Shown here: positions 53,717 to 62,483 of the stretch, piece by piece
Layout of the letters: each line of letters opens with the position of its first letter
Position numbering within the stretch: the stretch's first letter is position 1
NCBI GenBank assembly: GCA_938074335.1
Contig: CALJEL010000044.1
Location: 1-62,483, forward strand
DNA: 62,483 nt
DNA from: an uncultured bacterium
GTDB lineage: Bacteria; Nitrospirota; Thermodesulfovibrionia; Thermodesulfovibrionales; CALJEL01
Direction: 5' to 3'
Position numbers and translations under genes: made by a program
The notes under the pieces: model-generated
Seen by the model: the letters and a program-made list of their open reading frames with translations, nothing else
Database searches by the model: none
Told to the model about the DNA's origin: nothing

Positions 53717-53726
53717 CTTTTTTAAA

Positions 53727-54797
53727 TTACCACTTAAATGCTGCTGAGGTCCTGAATGTTTCCCTTGCTATTAAGAAGTCATCAATATGCTGATGGGTGA
53801 ATGGCAGTCCTGTAACCTTGAAGAACTTTTCCCATCCAATCCTCTCTATCCACTCACCAACACGCTCATGCTTCATCGCACCCTTTTCATAGGCATTGAG
53901 TATCTTCTTAACCGCATCTACCACCTCTGGCCATCTTGGCGGATTATTCTTTATAAAAGGCACGACAAGCTTTGAGAATTTCGGAGGAGTCCTCAGATTA
54001 CCCACTTTTCCTCCAGCCACAATGGCAACTCCATCATACTCAGGGTCATGAATCTCCATTGGAGGGCAGACTGTAAAACAATTACCGCAGTACATGCATT
54101 TGTCTTCCTTGATCTTAACACTCTTCTTTGCTGGATCAGGGCTTATTGCACCTGTAGGACATGCAGCAATGGTAGATGGTATCTCGCACATATTGGGTAC
54201 CTTTTCATGATCAATCTGCGGTATTTTTCTATGAACTGCCACAATTGCTATATCAGAGCAGTGGACCGCACCACACATATTTGTGCAGCATGCTACTGCA
54301 AGCCTGACCCTGTTGGGGAGTTCCTTCTTCGTAAAGTACTCTGCAAATTCATCCATTAAGACCTTCACAAGACCGGATGCATCAGATGCTGCTGAGTGAC
54401 AGTGTATCCATCCCTGTGTATGGACTATATTTGATACCCTCGGGCCTATTCCACCCATCATATAGCCCTTCTTCTTGAGCTCTTCTTTAAGGGGGTTCAG
54501 GTTCTTTTCATCAGAAACAAGAAACTCTATATTATTTCTTGTGGTAAACCTCAGATAACCACCGCAGTACTTTGCTGCAATATCTGCAATATCTCTGAGT
54601 GTATCTGTGCTCAGAAGCCTTGGTGATGCAACTCTTACAGACCATATCTTGTCTCCACTGTTGGCAACATGGACCATTACACCTGGCTCGAGTATCTCAT
54701 GATACTTCCAGTTTCCATAGTTCTTCTGTATAACCGGGGGTAAAAAATCCTTATAATGAGGTGGGCCAATATCTGTTCTTCTCTGTGGTGCTGCCAT
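53727..54797 (-). CDS. dsrB: Dissimilatory sulfite reductase beta subunit
   Basis: Siroheme/[4Fe-4S] cysteine clusters (CHSAASD..., [13 protein letters not shown]) and a ferredoxin insert ([12 protein letters not shown]). It pairs with dsrA 26 nt upstream. Confidence 0.92.
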   Translation of the reverse strand: MAAPQRRTDIGPPHYKDFLPPVIQKNYGNWKYHEILEPGVMVHVANSGDKIWSVRVASPRLLSTDTLRDIADIAAKYCGGYLRFTTRNNIEFLVSDEKNLNPLKEELKKKGYMMGGIGPRVSNIVHTQGWIHCHSAASDASGLVKVLMDEFAEYFTKKELPNRVRLAVACCTNMCGAVHCSDIAIVAVHRKIPQIDHEKVPNMCEIPSTIAACPTGAISPDPAKKSVKIKEDKCMYCGNCFTVCPPMEIHDPEYDGVAIVAGGKVGNLRTPPKFSKLVVPFIKNNPPRWPEVVDAVKKILNAYEKGAMKHERVGEWIERIGWEKFFKVTGLPFTHQHIDDFLIARETFRTSAAFKW

Positions 54798-54823
54798 TTT
54801 TATCCTCCTTTTATTTAAATTTT

Positions 54824-56020
54824 TTAAAGTTTTGAATTTGGAACAAGCTCTTCTTCCTTCCAGAAGTAGAATGGGTCTCTTCTTGGTTCCTTGACCATCC
54901 TTGGATCAGGCTGGATACCTACATACTCAAGAAAATCCCTCATTCCACGCCTTATGATAAGCTCACCAATCCTTTCTCTGTTCTTGCCATACTCATCCCA
55001 GTACTCCCAGACCTTCCTTGTGAATTCCTTTAGCTCTGTATAGGGTGGCTCCATCTTCATGAAGGGTATTATTACCCATGAAAGTGTTGCACCTATAACA
55101 AAGGGTGCCTTACTTCCAATGAGAATTGTCGCACCCCTTTCACCGGTTGGTTTGAGTGCCTTTGTCATCTTTGCAATACAGTGCATGCACCTTGAGCAAT
55201 CCTCATCATTGATCTTAAGGGTCTTTCCATCATAGCTCATGCATTTTGTGGGGCATCTGTTAACTATCTCCTCCTGGATATTCATTCCATTCTTCTCATA
55301 CCACTTCACAGCATCCTGATCAATGGCGATATTTCCTTTCCATGTTCCTATAATTGAACAATCAGCCCTTGCTATGGAGGCTATACAGTCAACAGCGCAA
55401 CCTGCAGTCTTGAATTTAAATTTATAAGGGAATGCAGGTCTGTGAAGTTCATCCTGAAACTCCTGGGTAATACTATAGGTAATATCCAGTGTATCAATAT
55501 TAGACCATTCACATCTTGCCGGTCCAACGCAGCAGCTTGGTGTCCTCATTGCTGAACCAGAACCACCAAGATCCCAACCACGGGATGAAAACTCAGCAAA
55601 TAATGGTTCAAGATTCTCGGTATTGGTTCCAAGCAGAATTATATCACCTGTTGATCCATGAAAATTTGTTAGTCCGCTTCCATATTTGTCCCATATATCA
55701 CACATCATTTTGATTGCATCAGATGTATAGAAGAAACCTGCTATAGAATTAATTCTGACAGTATGGAAATTGGCTACATTTGGGAACTGATCAGGAAGGG
55801 ATGAATATCTACCTATAACTCCAGCACCATATCCTCTGACACCAACTATTCCACCGTGTTTCCAGTAACCACGCTTGTCCGTGTAAGACTTTTCAAGCTG
55901 CGCAAGCTCATCTTTTGCCATCAGATTCTTCTTTGCTGCCTTCTTAATCTCTGTTACGAAGCTGGGCCATGGACCCTTCTCAAGTTCATCAAGTAAGGGT
56001 GTTTTTGGCAGTTCACTCAT
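54824..56020 (-). CDS. dsrA: Dissimilatory sulfite reductase alpha subunit
   Basis: [17 protein letters not shown]..., [25 protein letters not shown], and ferredoxin-type CSRCMHCI... Confidence 0.92.
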   Translation of the reverse strand: MSELPKTPLLDELEKGPWPSFVTEIKKAAKKNLMAKDELAQLEKSYTDKRGYWKHGGIVGVRGYGAGVIGRYSSLPDQFPNVANFHTVRINSIAGFFYTSDAIKMMCDIWDKYGSGLTNFHGSTGDIILLGTNTENLEPLFAEFSSRGWDLGGSGSAMRTPSCCVGPARCEWSNIDTLDITYSITQEFQDELHRPAFPYKFKFKTAGCAVDCIASIARADCSIIGTWKGNIAIDQDAVKWYEKNGMNIQEEIVNRCPTKCMSYDGKTLKINDEDCSRCMHCIAKMTKALKPTGERGATILIGSKAPFVIGATLSWVIIPFMKMEPPYTELKEFTRKVWEYWDEYGKNRERIGELIIRRGMRDFLEYVGIQPDPRMVKEPRRDPFYFWKEEELVPNSKL

Positions 56021-56138
56021 GACAGTCCTCCTTTTTATATTTTATAAGCTGGCTAAGGCTCAGCCGAAGATTTTTTGAAACATACAAAGCTACTATATAT
56101 AAGAGGCTCTGGTCAAATTAAAAAATTTAATCAATAAA

Positions 56139-56615
56139 TCATTTTTCTTTATTATCTAAATCTATAATCACTGCATCTTCATCACACTCAGGGAACTTAG
56201 GGCACTTAAGGCAATCACCCCATATCTTCTGGGGTAAGTCAGTCTTCTCAGTCTTTTTGAATCCACTTTTAACAAAAAATTCTGGATGATATGTAAGGGC
56301 AAAGACCCTTTTTACACCAAGCCTCTTTGCCTCCTCAAGGCATCTCTTAAGCAGCTTTTTTCCTATACCCTTTTTTTGAAATTCTTTTTTTACTGCAAGA
56401 GACCTTATCTCAGCAAGGTCTTCCCAGAGGATATGAAGGGCACAGAGCCCGATGATATCCCCCTTATTCTCAAGTACATAGAAATCCCTTATGTTTTCAT
56501 ATAATTCATTAAGAGAACGGGGAAGCATCTCCTCTTTTCTGGCAAATTCATTAATAACCCTGTGCATCTGTTTTACATCACTTACTGTGGGTTTTCTTAT
56601 TTTCAATGTATTCAA
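56139..56615 (-). CDS. GNAT N-acetyltransferase (short ArgA-like amino-acid acetyltransferase type)
   Basis: IRKPTVSDVKQMHRVINEF...LAVKKEFQKKGIGKKLLKRCLEEAKRLG (acetyl-CoA loop) and a C-terminal CLKCPKFPEC motif. The TTG start overlaps the upstream gene by 38 nt. Confidence 0.8.
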   Translation of the reverse strand: MNTLKIRKPTVSDVKQMHRVINEFARKEEMLPRSLNELYENIRDFYVLENKGDIIGLCALHILWEDLAEIRSLAVKKEFQKKGIGKKLLKRCLEEAKRLGVKRVFALTYHPEFFVKSGFKKTEKTDLPQKIWGDCLKCPKFPECDEDAVIIDLDNKEK

Positions 56616-57123
56616 TACCTCTTCGAATAAGTCTCTTATTTATCTCAACAAGCTTATTTCTTGATGATGGAATTGTCTCCTCAAGGGTTTTAAAAATATC
56701 TTCTTCATTAAGAATCTCTGTTTTTGCTATGAAGGCACCAAGCATGACCATGTTTGCACCCCTTGGATTTCCATCCTCTGCAGCTATCAGGGTGGCTGGT
56801 ATAGCAAGACCTGAATCTACAGTGTCCTTTATTACAGAAGAGTCATAAAAAAGCAGTCCGTCCTTTTTTAATCTCTGAAAGAATTTCTTTAATGATGCCT
56901 CATTAAAGACGATAAGGATATCCACATTACCTGTCACAGGTGAACCTATAAGTTCATCTGAAATAATGACAGTGCAATTTGCTGTTCCACCCCTCATCTC
57001 TGCTCCATAGGAAGGAAACCATGTAACCTCCTTACCTGAAAGCATTGCTGCGTGGGCAATAGTCTTACCAAGGAAAAGTATGCCCTGACCTCCAAAACCA
57101 GCTATTATGATTCCTCTTTCCAT
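56578..57123 (-). CDS. 2-oxoacid:ferredoxin oxidoreductase gamma subunit
   Basis: IIIAGFGGQGILFLGKTIAHAAMLSGKEVTWFPSYGAEMRGGTANCTVIIS is the canonical POR/KOR gamma N-terminus. Confidence 0.9.
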   Translation of the reverse strand: MERGIIIAGFGGQGILFLGKTIAHAAMLSGKEVTWFPSYGAEMRGGTANCTVIISDELIGSPVTGNVDILIVFNEASLKKFFQRLKKDGLLFYDSSVIKDTVDSGLAIPATLIAAEDGNPRGANMVMLGAFIAKTEILNEEDIFKTLEETIPSSRNKLVEINKRLIRRGIEYIENKKTHSK

Positions 57124-57476
57124 TACCTCAGAGCCCCTAAAACCTTTTCAATCTGGGTTTTATGATGTTCTATTATATCCTGGGGTGTTCCCCATGAGGC
57201 AGACTTGCTTGCAAGTCTTTCAACCACATTTAAAAGGTCCTGCTTTGATGGATTCTCAAAGGAGCCGTTAACCTCTTTAAATACAAGTTTTACTGCATTC
57301 GTTACACTTTCAAGTATCTCATCATCACTTACCTTTCTTCCGAGAGATTCCTTTACCCTTGCAAAAGTCTCCTTCTGAGCCTCAAAAAAGCATTTAATTA
57401 TAATATCCCTTGCCCTTCTGGTATCAAGACCGATCAGGTCTTTTTCATCCACAAACCATCTTTTGTATTTCTTCAT
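57123..57476 (-). CDS. Hypothetical helical protein (117 aa) between the oxidoreductase beta and gamma genes
   Basis: ORF track. There is no Cys cluster, so it is not a delta/ferredoxin subunit. Its stop overlaps the gamma start by 1 nt, and it begins 16 nt after the beta stop. Confidence 0.55.
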   Translation of the reverse strand: MKKYKRWFVDEKDLIGLDTRRARDIIIKCFFEAQKETFARVKESLGRKVSDDEILESVTNAVKLVFKEVNGSFENPSKQDLLNVVERLASKSASWGTPQDIIEHHKTQIEKVLGALR

Positions 57477-57492
57477 GTTACTTCTTAATTTT

Positions 57493-58227
57493 TCAGGCCT
57501 TCAATATACCTGTCTTAAAATAATTCTTCATCTCCTCCTTCATCCACCTCTTTGCCTCAGAAGGGCTCATGCCCCAGTCTGTAGGACAGGGTGAAAGAAC
57601 CTCCACAAAGCTGAATCCTTTATTATCCATCTGATTACGAAAGGCTGTAATTATGTAGTCCTTTGTCTTCTTTATATCTCCCACTGAATCAATACTGCCC
57701 CTTGCAATGAATCTCGTACCATCAAGAGTTGCAAGCATTTCCGAAACCCTTATGGGATAGCCATGTCTGACTTTATCTCTGCCATGAGGTGTAGTTGAGG
57801 TTCTCTGGCCAATAAGGGTTGTTGGAGCCATCTGACCACCTGTCATCCCGTAAGTGGCATTATTAATAAAGATAACAGTGATATTCTCTCCTCTGGCACC
57901 AGCATGAATAATCTCAGCCATACCAATTGAGGCGAGATCACCATCTCCCTGATAGGAGAATATTATCCTGTCAGGCATTACCCTTTTCAGACCTGTAGCC
58001 ACCGCAGGAGGTCTTCCATGGGCTGCCTCTATTACATCAAAATCAAAATAATCATAGGCAAAGACAGCACAACCAACAGGTGCTATCCCTATCACCCTTT
58101 CCCTTATCTGAAGCTTATCAATGCACTCAGCAACAAGCCTGTGGGCAATGCTGTGACCACAACCTGGACAGTATCTGAAAGGAACCTCTTTGAGACTATA
58201 AGGTCTTGAAAAGATCTGCCTCATCAA
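57493..58227 (-). CDS. 2-oxoacid:ferredoxin oxidoreductase beta subunit (TPP-binding)
   Basis: YCPGCGHSIAHRL, SYQGDGDLASIGMAEIIHAGARGENITVIFINNATYGMTGGQ (TPP/Mg motif GDG...NN). Confidence 0.92.
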   Translation of the reverse strand: MMRQIFSRPYSLKEVPFRYCPGCGHSIAHRLVAECIDKLQIRERVIGIAPVGCAVFAYDYFDFDVIEAAHGRPPAVATGLKRVMPDRIIFSYQGDGDLASIGMAEIIHAGARGENITVIFINNATYGMTGGQMAPTTLIGQRTSTTPHGRDKVRHGYPIRVSEMLATLDGTRFIARGSIDSVGDIKKTKDYIITAFRNQMDNKGFSFVEVLSPCPTDWGMSPSEAKRWMKEEMKNYFKTGILKA

Positions 58228-58239
58228 AAACCTCCATAC

Positions 58240-59625
58240 CTATTTTTTTCCTTCTGTTTCAAAGATAGTTGACTCTCTATGAAACAGGATTATCCTGTTC
58301 TTACCAAGTGACTTTGCCTCATACATTGCCTTATCAGCAGCATTGAGAAGTCTATCAGCATCAATAAAATCATCCGGGCATGTGGTGATACCACCACTTA
58401 TGGTAACAGGACAGACAACCTCTATCCCTTTATCTGAATGACATTCAAATATAGTCTTTGAGACCTCCTCTCTTATCCTGTTTGCTATCATACCTGCCTC
58501 TGCCTTTTGAGTATTGGGCAAAAGTAATATAAATTCCTCTCCACCATATCTGGCAATTATATCAACCTTTCTCAGTGCCTTTCTCAGTATATCCGCCAGG
58601 ACCTGCAGAACCCTGTCACCAGCAAGATGACCATATTCATCATTAACTTTTTTAAAATCATCTATGTCTATAAGGACAATGGAAAAACTTGCCTTATATC
58701 TCTTGACCCTCTCTATCTCCTTTTCAAGGGCTTCATAAAAATATCTCCTGTTAAAAAGCCCTGTAAGGGCATCGGTAATGGATAGTCTTTCCATTTCTTT
58801 AAAAAGTTTTATCTTATCAAAAACAAGAGATACATTATTCGCAATAAGTGATATGATAGATGCAAGCTCAAGATCAAAGGCCCTTTCTTTCCTGTTGCCA
58901 AGGAGAAGATAACCAAGTATGGTCCCGCTACTTAGAAGAGGCACTACCACAAGAAATAATATCCCTTCCTTTAAAAAGACTTCCTTTTTTTCAATCTCTT
59001 CAATTTCAAAAACTCGCATAGGCGGCTCTGCCGATGTTATGAAATCAGTCAACTGACCTGTCTGGACAGCCCGCTGAAAGGCAAGAGAAAAGCCTCTATA
59101 AGCCTTAACCACCAAGGCTTTTTCATCTGAGGGTATTACAACAGCACCAAGGCCAAAATCTCCAACGAGCATGCATTTTTCAAGGATATGTCCATAAAGT
59201 TCTTCAGTCTCGGAAGAAGATATAAATATATTTGATATAGAATTTGCAATCATAAGCTCCCTGTTTTTTCTGAGGAGTTCTTTCTCAGCATTTATAAATC
59301 TTGTTACATCAATAAGATATATAATAGAGACCTTTTCATCATAAATCTCCTGTGCCCTGTTTTTATCAATCCACAATTCAAAAACAGAGTCTCCATGATA
59401 TACATACATTCTTTTTGCCCTGCCTTCATGTAAAAGTGTCTCTGTAAGCTCAAGCCTTATATCTCTGAATATCCCTATATCCCTTACATCCATACCGAAA
59501 GAGGCCTTTCCTGCACCTGATATAAGCATAAAGGCCCTGTTAAAATCTATTACAGTAAGGTCATGCCTTACCACCACAACTGGTATGCTTATTAATTCAA
59601 GCATGCTATTAATAGTAATACCCAT
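58240..59625 (-). CDS. PAS-like / GAF / GGDEF diguanylate cyclase (intact active site)
   Basis: DALTGLFNRRYF, DIDDFKKVNDEYGHLAGD, RKVDIIARYGGEEF (an RxxD I-site plus GGEEF). Confidence 0.9.
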   Translation of the reverse strand: MGITINSMLELISIPVVVVRHDLTVIDFNRAFMLISGAGKASFGMDVRDIGIFRDIRLELTETLLHEGRAKRMYVYHGDSVFELWIDKNRAQEIYDEKVSIIYLIDVTRFINAEKELLRKNRELMIANSISNIFISSSETEELYGHILEKCMLVGDFGLGAVVIPSDEKALVVKAYRGFSLAFQRAVQTGQLTDFITSAEPPMRVFEIEEIEKKEVFLKEGILFLVVVPLLSSGTILGYLLLGNRKERAFDLELASIISLIANNVSLVFDKIKLFKEMERLSITDALTGLFNRRYFYEALEKEIERVKRYKASFSIVLIDIDDFKKVNDEYGHLAGDRVLQVLADILRKALRKVDIIARYGGEEFILLLPNTQKAEAGMIANRIREEVSKTIFECHSDKGIEVVCPVTISGGITTCPDDFIDADRLLNAADKAMYEAKSLGKNRIILFHRESTIFETEGKK

Positions 59626-59639
59626 CCCTTTACGCCCTG

Positions 59640-60608
59640 CTAACCGCCTATTACTGAAGAGGCTTCATATTTTATTATACCTTCTAAGATACCAAAATCA
59701 CTAACCATAAGTGTCTCCTTTGAAAAAAATTTCATAATTTCTATCACCGAAAGGAGTCCCGCAATAATCATGTCTTCCCTTCCCTTCTCAATCCCCTTCA
59801 GCTCTCTTATCTGCTGCAGTGTAAGCCCTGAAAGTCTCCTCAGGAGTTCTTCAAGACCTGATAGAGATAATCTATGACCGTGAATCCTTTCTGACTCGTA
59901 TTTATCAAGAGAAAGATCGAGACTGGCAAGCGTGGTAACAGTACCTCCTGTACCTATTAATATCCCGGGCTTTATGCAGAAGGATAAATCATGAAGTTCG
60001 TAGGATAATAAAAAACTTTTTATTTTAGAACATATCTCAGATATAATTTCATGAGAGGGAGGATAGCTTTTTATAAGGTGAGAAAGCTTAAGCACACCCA
60101 TGGGAATGGATAACATATGAAGGGTACCATCTCTTCCTATTATAAATTCTGTGCTTCCACCACCGAGGTCAAAGGCAATAAAATCCTGAGGCAGCTCAAG
60201 ACCAGACCTTATGCCCTCTATGGTAAGAAAGGCCTCTTCCTCTTCAGTGATGACCTTGATATCAATACCAATCTCATTTTTTACCCTTTCAAGGAATTCA
60301 TGAGAATTTCTGGCTTCACTTAAGGCAGAGGTGCCCACTGCAGAAATCTTATTAACTCCAAACTCTATTGCCTTTTCCTTAAAACCCTTAAGGCATTCAA
60401 TGCTTTCCCTGATACTTGATTCCTTTATCATTCCCGTAGTTTTTATAAATTCTCCAAGTCTTGTGATCTTCCTGTCTGAATAGACCTTTTCTATTCTGTT
60501 ATTACTGAAGAAACCAATAAGAAATCTGATCGTATTAGAACCCGTATCTATGGACGCTATCAGGGGAGAGCTTTGTGATGGCCTTTGTCCTTCTTTCCTT
60601 GAGCTCAA
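59640..60608 (-). CDS. Ppx/GppA-family phosphatase (exopolyphosphatase / pppGpp phosphohydrolase)
   Basis: IASIDTGSNTIRFLI, VGTSALSEARN, FDLGGGSTEF. The TTG start has GGAAGG 5 nt upstream and overlaps the proS 3' end by 74 nt. Confidence 0.85.
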   Translation of the reverse strand: MSSRKEGQRPSQSSPLIASIDTGSNTIRFLIGFFSNNRIEKVYSDRKITRLGEFIKTTGMIKESSIRESIECLKGFKEKAIEFGVNKISAVGTSALSEARNSHEFLERVKNEIGIDIKVITEEEEAFLTIEGIRSGLELPQDFIAFDLGGGSTEFIIGRDGTLHMLSIPMGVLKLSHLIKSYPPSHEIISEICSKIKSFLLSYELHDLSFCIKPGILIGTGGTVTTLASLDLSLDKYESERIHGHRLSLSGLEELLRRLSGLTLQQIRELKGIEKGREDMIIAGLLSVIEIMKFFSKETLMVSDFGILEGIIKYEASSVIGG

Positions 60609-62199
60609 TGTAACCTTCCTTTAAGCCCCTTTCACCAATTATTATCTGATAGGGTATGCCGATCAAATCTGCGTCTTTAAATTTTACACCAGGCCTCTCA
60701 TCTCTGTCATCAAGAAGGACATCAAATCCCCTTTCTATAAGGGAATTATAGATCTTTTTTGCGGTTTCCATCACCACATTGCCTGGACTAAGGGGAAGAA
60801 TCTCTATGTCAAAGGGTGCGATGCTCTTTGGCCATATAATCCCATCTGCATCATTAGCCTGTTCAACAGCAGCAGCCATAATCCTTGCAGGGCCTATTCC
60901 ATAACTGCCCATGATAATGGGCCTCTGCTGTCCTGAACTGTCAAGATAAAAGGCCTTTAAAGGAATTGAGTACTTTGTGCCAAGTTTAAATATATTACCT
61001 ATCTCGATTGCCTTTTCAATCCTTAAGGGAGAATTACATTTAGGGCAACCCTCTCCTTCTTTTGCTATATGTATGCTGTACCATTCCGGTTTAAAATGAA
61101 CACCTGCCTTTAAACCCCTTATATGATAATCCTTCTTATTTGCACCGCTTATATAAGAGCCTTTCTGAAGCACAGGATCTGCGATTATTCTTAAACCATG
61201 ACCATGAGGCCCAATAAACCCGGGCTCTGTGCCAAGCCTTTCTATTATCTCTTCTTTTAAGGCCTGCCTGAAAGGACCTATTATCTTCTGAAGCTTTTTT
61301 TCATGAAGTTGCTGATCGCCCCTTAAGAGCGCGATGACCAAACCCTCAGATGCCATTATTGCGAGGGTCTTAATGAATCCCTCCCGGGGTACGCCAAGGA
61401 ATCGCGAAACCTCCTCCACTGTCCTCTTATCAGGCGTATGCACCTCTTCAAGATTTGATTCTTCTTTAATGGTCTCATGAGGTATAGAATCAGCCACCTC
61501 CATATTTGCTGCATATCCACACCTGTCACATATTACAATCTCATCCTCACCAGCTGTTGATGGAGCCATAAACTCATGGGACTGACCACCTCCCATCATT
61601 CCCGGGTCTGACTCAACCTCATAAAATTTTAAACCGCACCTCTCAAAAATCCTGTGGTAGGCCTTTCTGTGTATCTCATAACTGTGATTAAGACCTTCCT
61701 CATCCATATCAAAACTATAACTATCTTTCATAATGAATTCTCTTGTCCTCATAATACCAGCCTTAGGTCTTGCCTCATCCCTTAACTTTGTCTGAATCTG
61801 ATACCATATCTGAGGAAGTTCTCTATAAGACCTGATCTCCTTTGAAGCAAGCCATGCCATCACCTCCTCATGGGTCATTCCAAGACACATATTTCTTCCA
61901 CCCCGGTCTTTAAGCCTGAACATCTCATCCTTAATCTCATACCATCTTCCCGTGGCCTCCCACAGCTCAGCAGGGTGAAGTACAGGACAGGTAATCTCCT
62001 GTGCACCTATGGCATCCATCTCCTCTCTGAGGATCTTTATTATCCTCTGCATAACCCTCCAGCCAAGAGGCAGATAAATATAAAGTCCCGAGGCAAGCTG
62101 TCTTATAAATCCACCTTTCAGGAGAAGCCTGTGACTGATTGCCTCTGCCTCCTGACCAACTTCCCTAAGGGTTGGTATGAATATCTTCGAATAAAACAT
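60535..62199 (-). CDS. proS: Proline--tRNA ligase (bacterial type with editing insertion)
   Basis: HRLLLKGGFIRQLASGLYIYLPLGWRV, FRLKDRGGRNMCLGMTHEE, RDEARPKAGIMRTREFIMKDSYSF, MGSYGIGPARIMAA. Confidence 0.95.
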   Translation of the reverse strand: MFYSKIFIPTLREVGQEAEAISHRLLLKGGFIRQLASGLYIYLPLGWRVMQRIIKILREEMDAIGAQEITCPVLHPAELWEATGRWYEIKDEMFRLKDRGGRNMCLGMTHEEVMAWLASKEIRSYRELPQIWYQIQTKLRDEARPKAGIMRTREFIMKDSYSFDMDEEGLNHSYEIHRKAYHRIFERCGLKFYEVESDPGMMGGGQSHEFMAPSTAGEDEIVICDRCGYAANMEVADSIPHETIKEESNLEEVHTPDKRTVEEVSRFLGVPREGFIKTLAIMASEGLVIALLRGDQQLHEKKLQKIIGPFRQALKEEIIERLGTEPGFIGPHGHGLRIIADPVLQKGSYISGANKKDYHIRGLKAGVHFKPEWYSIHIAKEGEGCPKCNSPLRIEKAIEIGNIFKLGTKYSIPLKAFYLDSSGQQRPIIMGSYGIGPARIMAAAVEQANDADGIIWPKSIAPFDIEILPLSPGNVVMETAKKIYNSLIERGFDVLLDDRDERPGVKFKDADLIGIPYQIIIGERGLKEGYIELKERRTKAITKLSPDSVHRYGF

Positions 62200-62244
62200 G
62201 GTATTAATTGTAAAATTGCTTTAACCTGTCAGTCAAGCACCGTT

Positions 62245-62267
62245 CCCTTCACCTCGTAAGTGAAGGG
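62245..62267 (-). terminator. Hairpin downstream of the DUF3108-like gene (possible terminator, no U-tract)
   Basis: CCCTTCAC-CTCGTAA-GTGAAGGG lies 15 nt after the stop at 62282-62284. Confidence 0.3.
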
Positions 62268-62281
62268 GCTTCCTCTTGTCT

Positions 62282-62483
62282 TTAATTTTCTATTGTTGCC
62301 ACCACCGAGCCTATGAGTACCTTTGTCTTGAGCATTACCGGAATTCTCATGCTATCGTCTGTAAGCCAGATATAAATATCTCCTTTTCTGTAAAATATAC
62401 CCTCTGACTGCATAAGTGGCTTTATTACTATGGTATCCATCTCCTTATCTCCTATCTCTACCTTTTCCTTTCTAAGGACCTGC
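62282..62483 (-). CDS. DUF3108-like protein, C-terminal fragment (the CDS continues beyond the window)
   Basis: The minus-strand frame is open to the window edge: ...KPLMQSEGIFYRKGDIYIWLTDDSMRIPVMLKTKVLIGSVVATIEN*. IWLTDD..RIPV......GSV.A is the DUF3108 C-terminal motif as I recall it. It is not in the ORF track. Confidence 0.55.
   Translation of the reverse strand, partial: QVLRKEKVEIGDKEMDTIVIKPLMQSEGIFYRKGDIYIWLTDDSMRIPVMLKTKVLIGSVVATIEN

Noticed and set aside
56021-56138. A sigma70 promoter upstream of dsrA (TTGACC ... TATAGT/TATATA on the minus strand)
   Set aside because: Hexamer spacings of 13-15 nt do not fit the 16-18 nt window. I could not choose a convincing -10/-35 pair by eye, so no promoter is reported.

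Overview
Dense chromosomal window, AT-rich by eye, with GGAGG-type ribosome-binding sites and many 4-nt start/stop overlaps. It probably comes from a flagellated dissimilatory sulfite/sulfate reducer. The gene content would fit a Nitrospirota/Thermodesulfovibrio-like lineage, but that is inference and I cannot confirm it. Recognisable core genes: dsrA-dsrB-dsrD; a long minus-strand block of tRNA-Gln, prs, rplY, pth, thrS, infC, rpmI, rplT, pheS and pheT; proS; ppx/gppA; der; a bifurcating-type etfBA with fabD; 2-oxoacid:ferredoxin oxidoreductase beta and gamma subunits; and a flagellin gene with flbT and flaF. Accessory-looking modules: (1) an exported FecR / beta-propeller-caspase / DUF4384 cluster next to a decayed toxin-antitoxin pair; (2) a membrane-anchored multiheme cytochrome c directly ahead of a gspG-to-gspN-like pseudopilin/assembly operon with no secretin, ATPase or platform gene in the window; (3) a DUF2318 / FtsX-type ABC operon; (4) a 4-amino-6-deoxyhexose to polyprenyl-phosphate sugar cluster; (5) several c-di-GMP proteins, including a 1099-aa hybrid kinase with a degenerate GGDEF domain and a PilZ-DUF4388-J-domain-TPR protein. 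The feature that annotation does not explain is a family of at least 8 intergenic composite hairpin repeats. They have conserved ends and cores shuffled from a small set of short words, and two copies are near-identical, inverted and 44 kb apart. I found no transposase, integrase, CRISPR array or rRNA. All domain and family names come from motif recognition by eye, not from database searches.
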